Source: an uncultured Gemmatimonadales bacterium
GTDB taxonomy: Bacteria > Gemmatimonadota > Gemmatimonadetes > Gemmatimonadales > Gemmatimonadaceae
DNA length: 64,000 nt
Reading direction: 5' to 3'
Assembly (NCBI GenBank): GCA_963793305.1
Contig: CAWBZV010000002.1
Coordinates: 736,001 to 800,000, forward strand
Below are positions 47,929 to 58,012 of the stretch, piece after piece. A model generated the notes under the pieces. It was given only the letters and a program-made list of their open reading frames with translations, had not been told where the DNA came from and made no database searches. The first letter of the stretch is position 1, and each line of letters starts with the position of its first letter. The translations under genes and the position numbers were made by a program.

Positions 47929-50432
47929 CCGGTGAACGGGCACGCTTGACGCCCCCGGCCGCCGCCGCGATTCGGGCCGCGATCACGTTGGCGGGCGGTC
48001 GAGAGGTGTGCTTCGTCTGCGGGCTGGACGACGAGCAGCGCGTGGCGACCGCTCGAGTGGTGGCCCGTGGTGACGTCGCCAGCGTCCTCGCGCTGCCGGG
48101 GTTTGCGTCGCGCGGCGAAATGCTGGTGCACAATCACCCGTCGGGACTGCTCGAGCCATCGGACGCAGACCTCAACGTCGCGGCCCGGATATACGAGAAC
48201 GGGGTGGGGTTCGCGATCGTCGACAATGCCGCGACGCAACTGTACATCGTCGTCGAGGTGCCCCAGGCCGCCGTGCGGACGCCACTGGATCCCGCGGCGG
48301 TTGGCGATGCACTTGGCCCGGCGGGCCCCATTGCTGCCTCCCTCTCTCGCTATGAGCACCGGGAGAGTCAGCAGGAGATGGTCGTCGAGATCGCGCGGCT
48401 GTACAACGACGGCGGCGTCGGCTTGCTGGAGGCTGGCACGGGCGTCGGGAAATCCCTCGCCTATCTCATTCCGGCGCTGCGCTGGGCCGCCGCGAATGGC
48501 GAGCGCACGGTGGTGTCGACGAACACCATTAACCTCCAAGAGCAATTGGTCGGGAAGGATCTCCCGTTCCTCGCTCGGGCGCTCACGGACCAACCGGTGC
48601 GATTCGCGCTGCTCAAGGGCTGGCGCAATTATTTGTGCCTGGCGCGGCTCGAGGTTGCGCGTGCGACGGGCGGTGGCCTGTTCGACAAAGGCGTCGAAGA
48701 GGAGTTGCGCGCGTTGGCCGCCTGGGCGGAGCGCACGGCGGATGGGTCGCTGGCGGATCTGCCCACGCCGCCGAGGTCGGAGCTGTGGGACGAAGTCGCG
48801 GCCGAGCCGGACCTGTGTTCGCGGATGCAATGTCCGCATTTCAGCGACTGCTTCCTGTTCCGCGCGAGACGGGAGGCAGCCCAAGCGGACATCGTCGTCG
48901 TCAATCACCACTTGTTGATGTCCGACGTGGCGGTGCGGCGCGTCCAACAGAATTGGCAAGATGCCGCTGTGCTGCCAGCCTACACGCGACTGGTGGTCGA
49001 CGAGGGGCATCACTTGGAGGACGCAGCCGCCGCGCACCTTGGCTCGTCGGTGACGCGCCGGGGGTTGCAGCGATTGTTCGGGCGACTCGACCGGAAAGGC
49101 CGCGGGTTGCTCGGCGCGCTCGTCTCGCGGCTCGGCCGCAAGAGCGACCTCCTGAGTACGGCCTCTCTCGACCTCGTGCAGGGTCGTCTCATGCCGTCGG
49201 CCGCCGCGGCGAAACGCAACGCCGAGCTCGTATTCGATATTCTGGAGAAGTTCATCGCGGAGCAGGGTGGGGGGCAGATTCGCCTCACGTCGTCGTTCGC
49301 CGTGACGACCGAGCTCGCGACGGCACTGGGGGACTTGTTGCGCGAGATCGAGCTCTTGAATGAGAGTCTGCGTTTGATTCGCGAACGGCACGAGCGCGAG
49401 GCCGCGCGGGATGAGATCGTCGCCCCCCTGTTCAATGAGATTCGCGGTGTCGGACGGCGGTTGGGGACCGCGGCTGACGCGTTGCGGATGGGACTCGCGC
49501 CGCCGCCCGATGCTCCGCCGAGTGTTCGGTGGGTGGAGCTGCGGGGCGCTCCGGCGCGTGCGGGCGAACGCCCGGAACGCAATGTCGCGGTATCGACCGT
49601 GCCGCTCGACCTGGCGCCGATCCTGCGCGATGATCTATTCGCGCGTCTGACGACGACCGTCGTCACGAGCGCGACGCTGGCCAGCGCCAACGAGGGTTTT
49701 GGTTTTCTTGCGCGCCGCCTGGGCGTGGACGAGATGCCGACCGCGCCGGCGACGGCCGTGTTCCCATCGCCGTTCGACTATCCGCACCAGGCGATTCTGG
49801 CGGTTCCCACCGATATCCCGCCGCCGAATGTCGACGCCGTCGAGCATTTCGCGGCGGTGTGCCGGCTGGTCGACGATCTCGCCGACGCGGCCGACGGCGG
49901 GATGTTCGTGCTGTGCACGAGTCACCGCGATGTGCGCGAGATCGCGGCGCAGATGCGGGGAAAGCGTTGGCCGTTGCTGGTGCATGGGGAGGAGCCGCGC
50001 GACGTGCTGTTGAACAGGTTTAGAGAGTGCGGCCGCGCGGTGTTGCTCGGCACGGCCTCGTTCTGGGAGGGCGTCGATGTGCCGGGCGATGCATTGCGGG
50101 CGCTCCTGATCGCGAAGCTGCCGTTCCGCGTGCCGAGCGAGCCGGTGACGGCGGCGCATTGCGAGGCGATCACGGCCCGGAAGGGGGACCCGTTCGCCGA
50201 GTACATGCTGCCGCATGCGTCGTTGCGGCTCAAGCAAGGGTTTGGGCGACTGATTCGGTCGACGACCGATCGTGGCGTGGTCGTTGTTGCCGATCCGCGT
50301 CTGGTGACCAAGTCGTATGGCCGCATCTTGCTGGCCGCGCTCCCGCCGGCCAAACGTCTCGTCGCGCCCTGGGCGAAAATTCGGCCGACGGTGCGGCAGT
50401 TCTACGCGGAACGCGCTAATTTTGCGCGATGA
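47925..50432 (+). CDS. DinG-family helicase with N-terminal JAB/MPN domain
   Basis: GREV, HNHPSG..PSDAD; EAGTGVGKS, KGWRNYLC, DEGH, SATL, FWEGVD, QGFGRLIR. Confidence 0.9.
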   Translation: MTGERARLTPPAAAAIRAAITLAGGREVCFVCGLDDEQRVATARVVARGDVASVLALPGFASRGEMLVHNHPSGLLEPSDADLNVAARIYENGVGFAIVDNAATQLYIVVEVPQAAVRTPLDPAAVGDALGPAGPIAASLSRYEHRESQQEMVVEIARLYNDGGVGLLEAGTGVGKSLAYLIPALRWAAANGERTVVSTNTINLQEQLVGKDLPFLARALTDQPVRFALLKGWRNYLCLARLEVARATGGGLFDKGVEEELRALAAWAERTADGSLADLPTPPRSELWDEVAAEPDLCSRMQCPHFSDCFLFRARREAAQADIVVVNHHLLMSDVAVRRVQQNWQDAAVLPAYTRLVVDEGHHLEDAAAAHLGSSVTRRGLQRLFGRLDRKGRGLLGALVSRLGRKSDLLSTASLDLVQGRLMPSAAAAKRNAELVFDILEKFIAEQGGGQIRLTSSFAVTTELATALGDLLREIELLNESLRLIRERHEREAARDEIVAPLFNEIRGVGRRLGTAADALRMGLAPPPDAPPSVRWVELRGAPARAGERPERNVAVSTVPLDLAPILRDDLFARLTTTVVTSATLASANEGFGFLARRLGVDEMPTAPATAVFPSPFDYPHQAILAVPTDIPPPNVDAVEHFAAVCRLVDDLADAADGGMFVLCTSHRDVREIAAQMRGKRWPLLVHGEEPRDVLLNRFRECGRAVLLGTASFWEGVDVPGDALRALLIAKLPFRVPSEPVTAAHCEAITARKGDPFAEYMLPHASLRLKQGFGRLIRSTTDRGVVVVADPRLVTKSYGRILLAALPPAKRLVAPWAKIRPTVRQFYAERANFAR

Positions 50433-51043
50433 CATCGTTTGCTGTTCCGACGAAGATCGTCTGCGTCGGTCGCAATTATCGCGCGCATGCCGCGGAGCTG
50501 GGCAACGAGGTCCCGACGGAGCCGCTCATTTTCCTGAAGCCGCCGTCATCGATCATTGCCGATGGCGATCGGATTGTCCTTCCGCCGCAGTCGCAGCAGG
50601 TCGAGTTCGAGGGCGAGATCGGCGTCGTGATGGGGGCCCGGGTGCATCACGTATCCGAATCCGATGCGGCCAATGCCATTCTCGGCATCTGCGCGGTGAA
50701 CGATGTCACGGCGCGCGACCTGCAGAAATCGGACAAGCAGTGGACGCGGGCCAAGGGGTTCGACACGTTCTGCCCCATTGGCCACACGCACGAGTATCGT
50801 GGCGACCTAGCAGCATTAACTGTTGTAACCCGAGTAAATGGTCTCGAGCGGCAGCGTGGGACCTCGGACCTCATGGTATTTGCGATTCCGCGGCTGATCG
50901 CCTTCATTTCCAGTGTGATGACCTTGGAACCCGGCGACATTATCGCGACGGGAACACCTGAAGGCGTGGGCCGTTTGTCGTCTGGCAACGTCGTCGAAGT
51001 CGAGGTGGTCGGCATGAGCCATGTGCGGAGCACGGTCGCCTGA
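50429..51043 (+). CDS. Fumarylacetoacetate hydrolase family protein
   Basis: CVGRNYRAHA, FLKP, EGE, NDVTARD, KGFDTFCP, TGTPEGVG. Confidence 0.94.
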   Translation: MTSFAVPTKIVCVGRNYRAHAAELGNEVPTEPLIFLKPPSSIIADGDRIVLPPQSQQVEFEGEIGVVMGARVHHVSESDAANAILGICAVNDVTARDLQKSDKQWTRAKGFDTFCPIGHTHEYRGDLAALTVVTRVNGLERQRGTSDLMVFAIPRLIAFISSVMTLEPGDIIATGTPEGVGRLSSGNVVEVEVVGMSHVRSTVA

Positions 51044-52227
51044 TGCCGGCGCAGAGTACCCGTTTCGCAACGCTTCCCGAATATCCGCTCGCGAGCATCC
51101 CGCAAAAGAAACGGGATCTCTTGGCGCGCGGGGTCAACGTCATCGACCTGGGCGCGGGTGATGCGGATTTGCCCGCGCCGCCGGCGGTCCTCGAGCGCAT
51201 GCGGTCTGCCATCGCCGAGCCGGCGTTGAGTCGGTATGGATTCGGCCTTGGCTATCCGCCGTATCGCGAGGCGGCGGCGGCGTGGATGCAGAAGCGGTTC
51301 GGGGTCACGTTCGACCCATATCGCGAGATTGTCCCGTTGATTGGCTCGAAGGAGGGTCTTTCGCACCTCGCGTTCGGCTACCTGAATCACGGCAACGTCG
51401 CGATTGTCCCTGAGCCGGGCTACAACTCGTACATGGGCGGCACGCTGCTTTCGGACGCCACCAGGTACTCCTACGCATTGCGGCCGCGGACTCAGTTCTT
51501 GGTGGACCTGAATGACGTTCCCAAGGATGTGCTCGCGCGGACCCGGATTCTGTACCTCAACTATCCGAACAACCCGACGGCGGCAACGGCTCCATTGTCT
51601 TACTTGGAGGACATAGTTCGCCGTTGCCGGGAACTCGACATATTGTTGGTGTACGACAACGCTTATAGCGAGCTGGCATACGACGGGTATGTTCCGCCGA
51701 GCATTTTCGAGGTCAATGGGGCGCGCGAGGTGGCGATCGAGTTCCACTCGTTGTCGAAGACGTATAACATGACCGGTTGGCGCTGCGGATGGGCGGTTGC
51801 GCGGCCGGAGGTGGCGGGAACGCTGGCCAAGGTGAAGTCTTTTATCGACACGGGCCAGTTCATGGCGGTACAGGCGGCTGGGGTCGCCGCGCTCGAGAGT
51901 TGGGCGCAGTTCGTGCCGGGCAACGTGGCAACGTTCAAGGAGCGGCGCGACGCGGCGGTCGCGGCATTTCGAGAAGCCGGGTTTGCTTGCGAGGTTCCGC
52001 GCGCGGCTATGTACTTATGGATCCCCTTGCCGGAAGGCGTTTCCAGTGCGGAATTCGGTGACCGGTTGCTGCAGAAGGAGGGTGTGATAGTTATGCCGGG
52101 GTCTGCGTTCGGGCCGGGTGGAGAGGGGTTCTTCCGCGTGTCGTTCATCGTGTCGCCCGAGCGTATGCGCGAGGCGGCGCGCCGCGCAGGCGGCGTGCTG
52201 GCATCGTTCGAGGCACGGGCGGCGTAG
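51043..52227 (+). CDS. Class I/II PLP aminotransferase, LL-diaminopimelate aminotransferase-like
   Basis: GSKEG, NYPNNPT, DNAYSE, FHSLSKTYNMTGWRCG. Confidence 0.85.
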   Translation: MPAQSTRFATLPEYPLASIPQKKRDLLARGVNVIDLGAGDADLPAPPAVLERMRSAIAEPALSRYGFGLGYPPYREAAAAWMQKRFGVTFDPYREIVPLIGSKEGLSHLAFGYLNHGNVAIVPEPGYNSYMGGTLLSDATRYSYALRPRTQFLVDLNDVPKDVLARTRILYLNYPNNPTAATAPLSYLEDIVRRCRELDILLVYDNAYSELAYDGYVPPSIFEVNGAREVAIEFHSLSKTYNMTGWRCGWAVARPEVAGTLAKVKSFIDTGQFMAVQAAGVAALESWAQFVPGNVATFKERRDAAVAAFREAGFACEVPRAAMYLWIPLPEGVSSAEFGDRLLQKEGVIVMPGSAFGPGGEGFFRVSFIVSPERMREAARRAGGVLASFEARAA

Positions 52228-52233
52228 GGCATT

Positions 52234-53106
52234 ATGCGACGTTGGCGGCGGCCCTCCGCGGCACTGGCGCTCTCTCTCGTCCTGCACGTCGTGCTGGGCG
52301 CGGGAATCCTCGCCCTCCTCATCATGCCGCACACAGCCGCCAATTGGCTGCATCTGACCAGGGGCGAGCCGGCTGTCGTCGAGCGCATCGGGTTCGTCGC
52401 CATGCCCAAGACGGGCGCTCAGACGAACCCTGGGAAGGCTGGTGGCGACGACCGGCCGGTATCAAAGACGAAGCCCAAGGAGCTCGTCGCGCCTCTAGAG
52501 ACTCCAAACACCTTGCCGACGGCTCCCGCGAATCCCACGACGCCGGCGCAGCCCGAAGGTGGTGCTGGCAAGGTCATCGGACAGGGCGGGGCGACGGAGG
52601 GCATAGCGCCCATTTACTCGGACCCGCGCCCGTGGGTCCCGCCTGCCTCGGTGCCAACGGCACCCAAGACGGTGCCGCAGCGCTACGACTCGGCGCTCGC
52701 GGGCATGGTCAAGGCGCACAACGACAGCCTCGCGGCTCTTGGCACTGAGCGGGAGCCGGGCGACTGGACGTTCGGGAAGAACAAAGATTGGGGCATCAAT
52801 CAGAAGTGGATCAAACTGGGCCCCGTCCAGCTGCCAACGGCGTTGCTCGGACTTCTGCCGCTCAACGCCACCGGGAATCCGGTGCTATCTCAGCGCGAGG
52901 CTCAGCTGAATGCGATGCACAATGATATCGCGTATCACGCTTGGCAGGGGATGAACGAGGATCAGTTCCGGCAGGCGGTGAAGGAGCTGCGCCAGCGCAA
53001 AGATCGCGAGCGGCAACTACAGCAGAATGAGAAGCCGAAGGACGACAATACCACGCCGACGCTCGCCAACAGCAGCCAGCACGACCCGGTAATCCCGCAG
53101 CCGTAA
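52234..53106 (+). CDS. Hypothetical single-TM, Pro-rich protein (TonB-like N-terminus)
   Basis: ALSLVLH TM motif followed by Pro-rich linker. Confidence 0.6.
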   Translation: MRRWRRPSAALALSLVLHVVLGAGILALLIMPHTAANWLHLTRGEPAVVERIGFVAMPKTGAQTNPGKAGGDDRPVSKTKPKELVAPLETPNTLPTAPANPTTPAQPEGGAGKVIGQGGATEGIAPIYSDPRPWVPPASVPTAPKTVPQRYDSALAGMVKAHNDSLAALGTEREPGDWTFGKNKDWGINQKWIKLGPVQLPTALLGLLPLNATGNPVLSQREAQLNAMHNDIAYHAWQGMNEDQFRQAVKELRQRKDRERQLQQNEKPKDDNTTPTLANSSQHDPVIPQP

Positions 53107-53135
53107 TCCCACAGGCGGCTTGGTTTGAAAACACG

Positions 53136-53168
53136 CGGGGCCAGCTGGGTTCTTCGCAGCTGGCCCCG
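53136..53168. terminator. Hairpin between convergent genes (likely bidirectional terminator)
   Basis: CGGGGCCAGCTG ... CAGCTGGCCCCG 12-bp inverted repeat. Confidence 0.7.
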
Positions 53169-53239
53169 TCTTGCGTTGTGAGCGGACGCGAAGCGCCGCG
53201 TAATTTCTATCGGCCAGTGTCAGCCGCGCTGTCCAGCAA

Positions 53240-53956
53240 TCAGGCGGCGTCCGCCGGATGCCCGACGCCGGCAGCCATAACCTCGCCTTCCTCCTCGTCT
53301 TCCATACGACGCCGATGCGCCGTCTCCGGATTGGCCTCCGCGTCGTAGAACGGCCTGAACACCCCGCAGATGACGCCGAGCACGGCGAAATCGTCGTGCG
53401 GCCCAACGACGATCTCCCGCTCGCCGCTACCGGCGGGTTCAAGCACGATCGACGCCCCGCGGTGCGTCAGCGTCTTCACCGTCGCATCCCCGCCGATCCG
53501 CGCCGCGACGACCTGTCCGTCACTAGCCCTCACAGACGGATTGACGAGGACGTAATCGCCATCGTGTATCCCGCGCCCTGTCATGCTGTCGCCCTTGATG
53601 CGCAAGAAGTAGACGTTGTCATTCGGCACAAACCGTCTGTCAACGGTCAAGTACCCCTGCCGATACTCGGGGACCAAGCTCGGCTCACCCGCATGGATCT
53701 TCCCGTACACGGGCACCGGTTGCGTCCGCCCAGCGGCGGCAAATCCAAGGAGTCGCACACCTCGCGATCGCGACGGATCGCGCTCGATGTAGCCTTTCTC
53801 GGCGAGCGACTGCAGGAGATCGGACACCGTCTTCGTCGATTTGATACGAAAACGTTTGCCAATCTCCCGAATGCTCGGCTGGTATGTGTTTTCGGCGAGA
53901 AAGTCGATGAGGTAGTGGTAGACTTTCCGCTCGATTGGAGTCAGGGGTTCGGCCAT
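53240..53956 (-). CDS. lexA: SOS repressor LexA
   Basis: LTPIE, PSIREIG, KGYIER, HAG cleavage site, GDSM, TVK. Confidence 0.94.
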   Translation of the reverse strand: MAEPLTPIERKVYHYLIDFLAENTYQPSIREIGKRFRIKSTKTVSDLLQSLAEKGYIERDPSRSRGVRLLGFAAAGRTQPVPVYGKIHAGEPSLVPEYRQGYLTVDRRFVPNDNVYFLRIKGDSMTGRGIHDGDYVLVNPSVRASDGQVVAARIGGDATVKTLTHRGASIVLEPAGSGEREIVVGPHDDFAVLGVICGVFRPFYDAEANPETAHRRRMEDEEEGEVMAAGVGHPADAA

Positions 53957-54052
53957 GCGGAGCCTCGGGAGAGAAAAGATCAGGCGCTCAAATGCGATAC
54001 AGCAGTTCACTATGTTTGCGGCGCCCAATGTAAGGTTCGGCTCGGCAAGCGG

Positions 54053-55523
54053 TCAATAAGAGCCTTCTTTTGTTATCCACGAAATTGCTGTCTGAATTCT
54101 CGACAGCGACATGTCGCGCCCGAGCATCAGTAGTACATTAAATATGCCCGGACTGACAGTTAACCCCGTCAAAGCGACACGGAGTGGCTGGAAGAGCTTC
54201 CCGTCCTTGAGACCCATTTGCTGCGCTAGCGAGCGCAACTGATGCTCGAGAGCCTCTGCCGACCAGGCGGTGATGCCGGTCAATCTGTCGCGAATCCCGA
54301 TAAGTACGGTGAGAATTTCCTCCCGGTCACGCCATTGTTTCGCCACCGCTTCGGGATCGTATTCAATGCTATCTCGCAAATAGGGAATAGCTTGGCGCAC
54401 GATGTCGTCTATTGTGCGCGCGCGGACGCGCAGCAAATCGAGGAGCTGGAGGTACCACGCGTTTCTCGCGTCGAGCTCCTCCTTCGTCACCAATCCCGCC
54501 TTCACGAGCGCTGGTGTTACCAACGGGGCCAGTTCTGTAACGGGCATTCGAGACGAGATGCTGACCGTTCATCCATTCCAGCTTGGTTGGATCGAACACG
54601 GCTGGTTTTTTTTGCAGCCCATCTGGAGAGAACAACTCGATCATCTCCGCTCGCGTCATGATCTCCCGATCACCGCCCGGCGACCACCCGAGCAGCGCTA
54701 AAAAGTTGATCATCGCGTCGGCGAGAATGCCTTCGTGTTGGTAATCCCCGACCGCCGTGGCGCCGTGCCGTTTGCTCAGCTTCTTCCCGTCCATCCCGAG
54801 GATCATCGGGAGGTGCGCGAATGTGGGAAGCGGGGCGCCGAGCGCTTCATATAGAAGGATCTGCTTCGGCGTGTTCGATATATGGTCGTCGCCGCGCATC
54901 ACGAGTGTGATGCCCATGGCGACGTCATCGGACACGACGGCCATGTTGTACACTGGCGTCCCATCCGAACGCAGGATCACGAAGTCATCGAGATCCTTGT
55001 TGGGGAACGCAATGCGCTCGTGCACCATGTCCACCCACGCGGTCACCCCCTCATCGGGCACGCGAAACCGAATCGCGAATGGCTCGCCGCTGTGCACGCG
55101 CCGCTCCACTTCCTCTCGCGTCAGGCGATCACAGCGCCGATCATATCGGAACGCCTCTTTCTTCGCGTCGGCCGCCTTCCGCCGCTCTTCGAGCTCGGCG
55201 GGCGTACAGAAACATCGATACGCGTGGCCGCTAACCAGCAGCCTGTCGGCGTCTCTCCGATGCCGCTCGAGATTCGCGCCTTGATACACGGGCTCCTCAT
55301 CCCACGTGAGCCCGAGCCACTCCATGCCTTCGAAGATGGCCCGCGTACTCTCGTCGGTACTCCGCGCCTTGTCGGTATCCTCGATGCGCAGCAGCATGGT
55401 CCCGCCATAGCGCTTCGCATACAGCCAATTGAAGAGCGCAGTCCGCGCGCCGCCGACGTGCAAATATCCGGTCGGCGACGGCGCAAATCTGAGCCGTGGC
55501 CGGCCGGTGTCAGGTGTGCCCAT
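54053..55523 (-). CDS. gltX: Glutamate--tRNA ligase (frameshift at ~54547, probably a sequence error)
   Basis: RFAPSPTGYLHVGG, KLSKRHG; anticodon-binding domain QPLRVALTG..SPG in the next frame. Confidence 0.95.
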
Positions 55524-55546
55524 GTTGTTATGAGGTGGAGGTCCTA

Positions 55547-55637
55547 CGGAGTGGGAGGGATTCGAACCCTCGATACAGGTTTTCGCCCGTATAACGGTTT
55601 AGCAAACCGCCGCCTTCAGCCTCTCGGCCACCACTCC
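55547..55637 (-). tRNA. tRNA-Ser (GCT)
   Basis: GGAGTGG/CCACTCC acceptor; GCGGT-TTGCTAA-ACCGT anticodon arm; long variable arm; GGTTCGAATCC. Confidence 0.96.
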
Positions 55638-55672
55638 AACTATTTCGTCTCGTGTAACTTACACGCTCACTA

Positions 55673-56203
55673 TCAGGGCGCTACCCCGCTGTCGAGTTGC
55701 ACGGTACGAAGCATCGTCCAGAACACGGCCAGGTCGTGCGAGTCAGAGGAGACCCCGCCAACCGTCAGTGTCAGACTTCCTGGCTGGTTCGACCACTGCG
55801 CGCCGACCCACGTCGAGGAGGTGCCAGCGTGCCAGGTTACGAATGCAGGCCTCCCGCCTACGTTCAACCGGCACACCGCGTCGCCTTCGGCCGTACCACG
55901 TGTCACATCATCGTGGTAGCCATAGTTGGCGACGAAATGCCGGCCGCCATCGACCCAGCTTTCTCCACCATGAATCGAGTGGTACGCCATCGACGAATCT
56001 GGCTTGAAGGTCGGCGGCGCCCCGAACCAGGGATGCGATGCGGATTGAATGCGTTGCCATCCAGCAGTGTCCACGAGCGGCGGCGGCGAGCACGCCGGTA
56101 GCCCATGTCGCGATGCACTCGCGCATCCGGATCCGATAGCTAGCATGCAGCCGAACGCGAGTGGCGTACCCCCGTGCCAGCATCGCGCGGCGAAAGTCTG
56201 CAA
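55673..56203 (-). CDS. Hypothetical lipoprotein-like protein (start uncertain)
   Basis: Hydrophobic stretch with GSGC lipobox; open frame to 55673. Confidence 0.45.
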   Translation of the reverse strand: MQTFAARCWHGGTPLAFGCMLAIGSGCASASRHGLPACSPPPLVDTAGWQRIQSASHPWFGAPPTFKPDSSMAYHSIHGGESWVDGGRHFVANYGYHDDVTRGTAEGDAVCRLNVGGRPAFVTWHAGTSSTWVGAQWSNQPGSLTLTVGGVSSDSHDLAVFWTMLRTVQLDSGVAP

Positions 56204-56225
56204 CGCTCGTATCGCGCGCGGACGC

Positions 56226-56411
56226 CTAGCGATCGCCGCGGTCCTCGCCGAGCAACTTCGCGACCGTCCCAGCCGGTAGCGAGAGCTCCTCTGGCGAGGG
56301 CCAATCCGCCAGTGGGTCACCTCGGTGAATCGCGGGGCCGGATGCCACGAGCGCCGCATAGTGGCAGCGGCTCAGGTTGTTCTTCAAGTCGCGAATGCCG
56401 GTCGAGATCAT
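56226..56411 (-). pseudogene. Internally deleted Phd/YefM-type antitoxin remnant
   Basis: MISTGIRDLKNNLSR matches the Phd/YefM N-terminus, but the following strand region is missing; no toxin gene follows. Confidence 0.65.
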
Positions 56412-56484
56412 GAACAGAATGTAGCGCCGTGTGACCACCGGCCGCCGTGTCCGCATTCTGGCGCTTGCCTAAGAATGGTGGCGT

Positions 56485-56510
56485 CGTATATTGCCAAATG
56501 GCTATATACG
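56485..56510. promoter_or_regulatory. Palindromic operator overlapping the ArsR start codon
   Basis: CGTATATtGCCA-AA-TGGCtATATACG near-perfect inverted repeat. Confidence 0.7.
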
Positions 56511-56858
56511 CGGGGCGACGGAAACCGGCGGCGCCTGATCGCCTCAGCGCGATCTTCGGTGCGCTGTCCGATCCGACGCGGCGGGCCATTCTCGATCGCC
56601 TGCGGAAGCGACCGCATTCGGTGATGGAGCTCGCCGCACCGTTCGACATGACGCAGCCGTCGATCTCCAAGCACCTCAAAGTGCTGGAGCAGGCGAGGCT
56701 GGTCGTACGGGGCAGGGATGCGCAGCTCCGCCCGCGTGCGCTCAGGCCCGAGTCGCTTGAAGGAAGCCAACGCGTACCTCGAGCGCTTCCGCACTCTCTG
56801 GGAGGCGCGCATCGATCGGCTCCAACACTACCTCGCCAAGCTGCAATCCGACCAATGA
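56498..56858 (+). CDS. ArsR/SmtB family regulator (frameshift at ~56760)
   Basis: FGALSDPTRRAIL, ELAAPFDMTQPSISKHLKVLE; corrected end ANAYLERFRTLWEARIDRL. Confidence 0.88.
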
Positions 56859-57557
56859 CCACATCACGCGCTGTCGTTCTCGCCCTCGGCGGGATCCTGA
56901 TGCAAGCCGCGCCCGCCGGCGCGCAGCGTCCCGAACGTCACTCCGTACCTCATGGACCGCGCGGCGGAGGTCAGCCTCGCACGATCCGCGGCCCCGCGGA
57001 CCATCGCTGATGCCGTGACGGTGCTCGTCCTCACGCGCACGGGATATGTCGAGGCGGTGTCCGGCACCAACGGCTTTACCTGCCTGGTGCTCCGCTCGTT
57101 CTCCGGACCCGCAACCGATGCGGGCTTCGCGAAAGATCCGGGCTTCTGGAACCCACACGTCCAGTCGCCCTACTGCGCCAATCCACCGGCCGCGCGCACC
57201 GTACTCCCGCCGATGCTCGCCAGCGTCCAATGGCTGTTGAGCGGCGCGAGCCCGGTCGCCGCGGACGAGCGCTTCCGGCAAGCGTACGCCTCGCACCAGT
57301 TCCCGAGCCCAGCGCCGGGCGCCATGGCGTACATGCTGTCGTCGCACCAGTACCTGACCGAGAACGACCCGCACTGGATGCCACACCTCATGTTCTACTT
57401 CGACCGGTCGCTGCCAGTCGCAACGTGGGCCGCTGGCGGCCCGTCGGCCGCGGTGATCGACGCCGACGCGGGGGACCCGACTGCCCCGATACTCACGTTA
57501 CTCGTTCCGGTGCGGCAATGGTCAGACGGCACAAGCGCAGCGACGCGCTCGAGGTAA
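56855..57557 (+). CDS. Secreted hypothetical protein (frameshift at ~56934)
   Basis: Signal peptide joins MDRAAEVSLARSAAP..GTNGFTCLV..MAYMLS..WMPHLMFY. Confidence 0.7.
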
Positions 57558-58012
57558 AATTCTCGCGCCTCCTCAATGCGCCGCGCGATCTGGTGTGGCG
57601 CATGTGGAGCGAGCTCCCGCACGTCCACGAGTGGTATGGGCCGGACGGATTCACGACCACGACCCTCGAGTTCGACTTCGTGCCGGGCGGCGTGTGGCAG
57701 CATGTCATGCACGGTCCCGACGGCACCGACTACCCAACGCGGATCGTCTTTCGCGAAATCGATCGACCGTCGCGACTGGTCTACGACAACCGCTGGGAGC
57801 TACCCGGCGTGCCGCTCGACTTTCGCGTGGTCGTCACGTTCGAAGCCAGAGGGAGCAAGACGGAGCTCTCGCTCCACATGATCTTCCCGAGCGAGGATGC
57901 GTTGCGGATCGCGGTCGAGCGCTATGGCGTGCTCGACGGAGGCACGCAGACGCTCGACCGCATGGCCCGCGTCTTGGATGAGCGCGCCGACCGCGAGGCC
58001 AGCCAGCGCTAG
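57518..58012 (+). CDS. SRPBCC/AHSA1 domain protein
   Basis: APRDLVW, WYGPDGF, PGGVW..MHGPDG, PSRLVY, GGTQTLDRM. Confidence 0.88.
   Translation: MVRRHKRSDALEVKFSRLLNAPRDLVWRMWSELPHVHEWYGPDGFTTTTLEFDFVPGGVWQHVMHGPDGTDYPTRIVFREIDRPSRLVYDNRWELPGVPLDFRVVVTFEARGSKTELSLHMIFPSEDALRIAVERYGVLDGGTQTLDRMARVLDERADREASQR

Noticed and set aside
53960..54050. LexA box upstream of lexA
   Set aside because: No convincing match to SOS-box patterns I know and no clear repeat.
54053..55523. gltX, trxA and rsfS as true pseudogenes or programmed frameshifts
   Set aside because: Both halves are intact, no slippery sequence is seen, and the same single-base pattern recurs in unrelated genes; sequence error is more likely.
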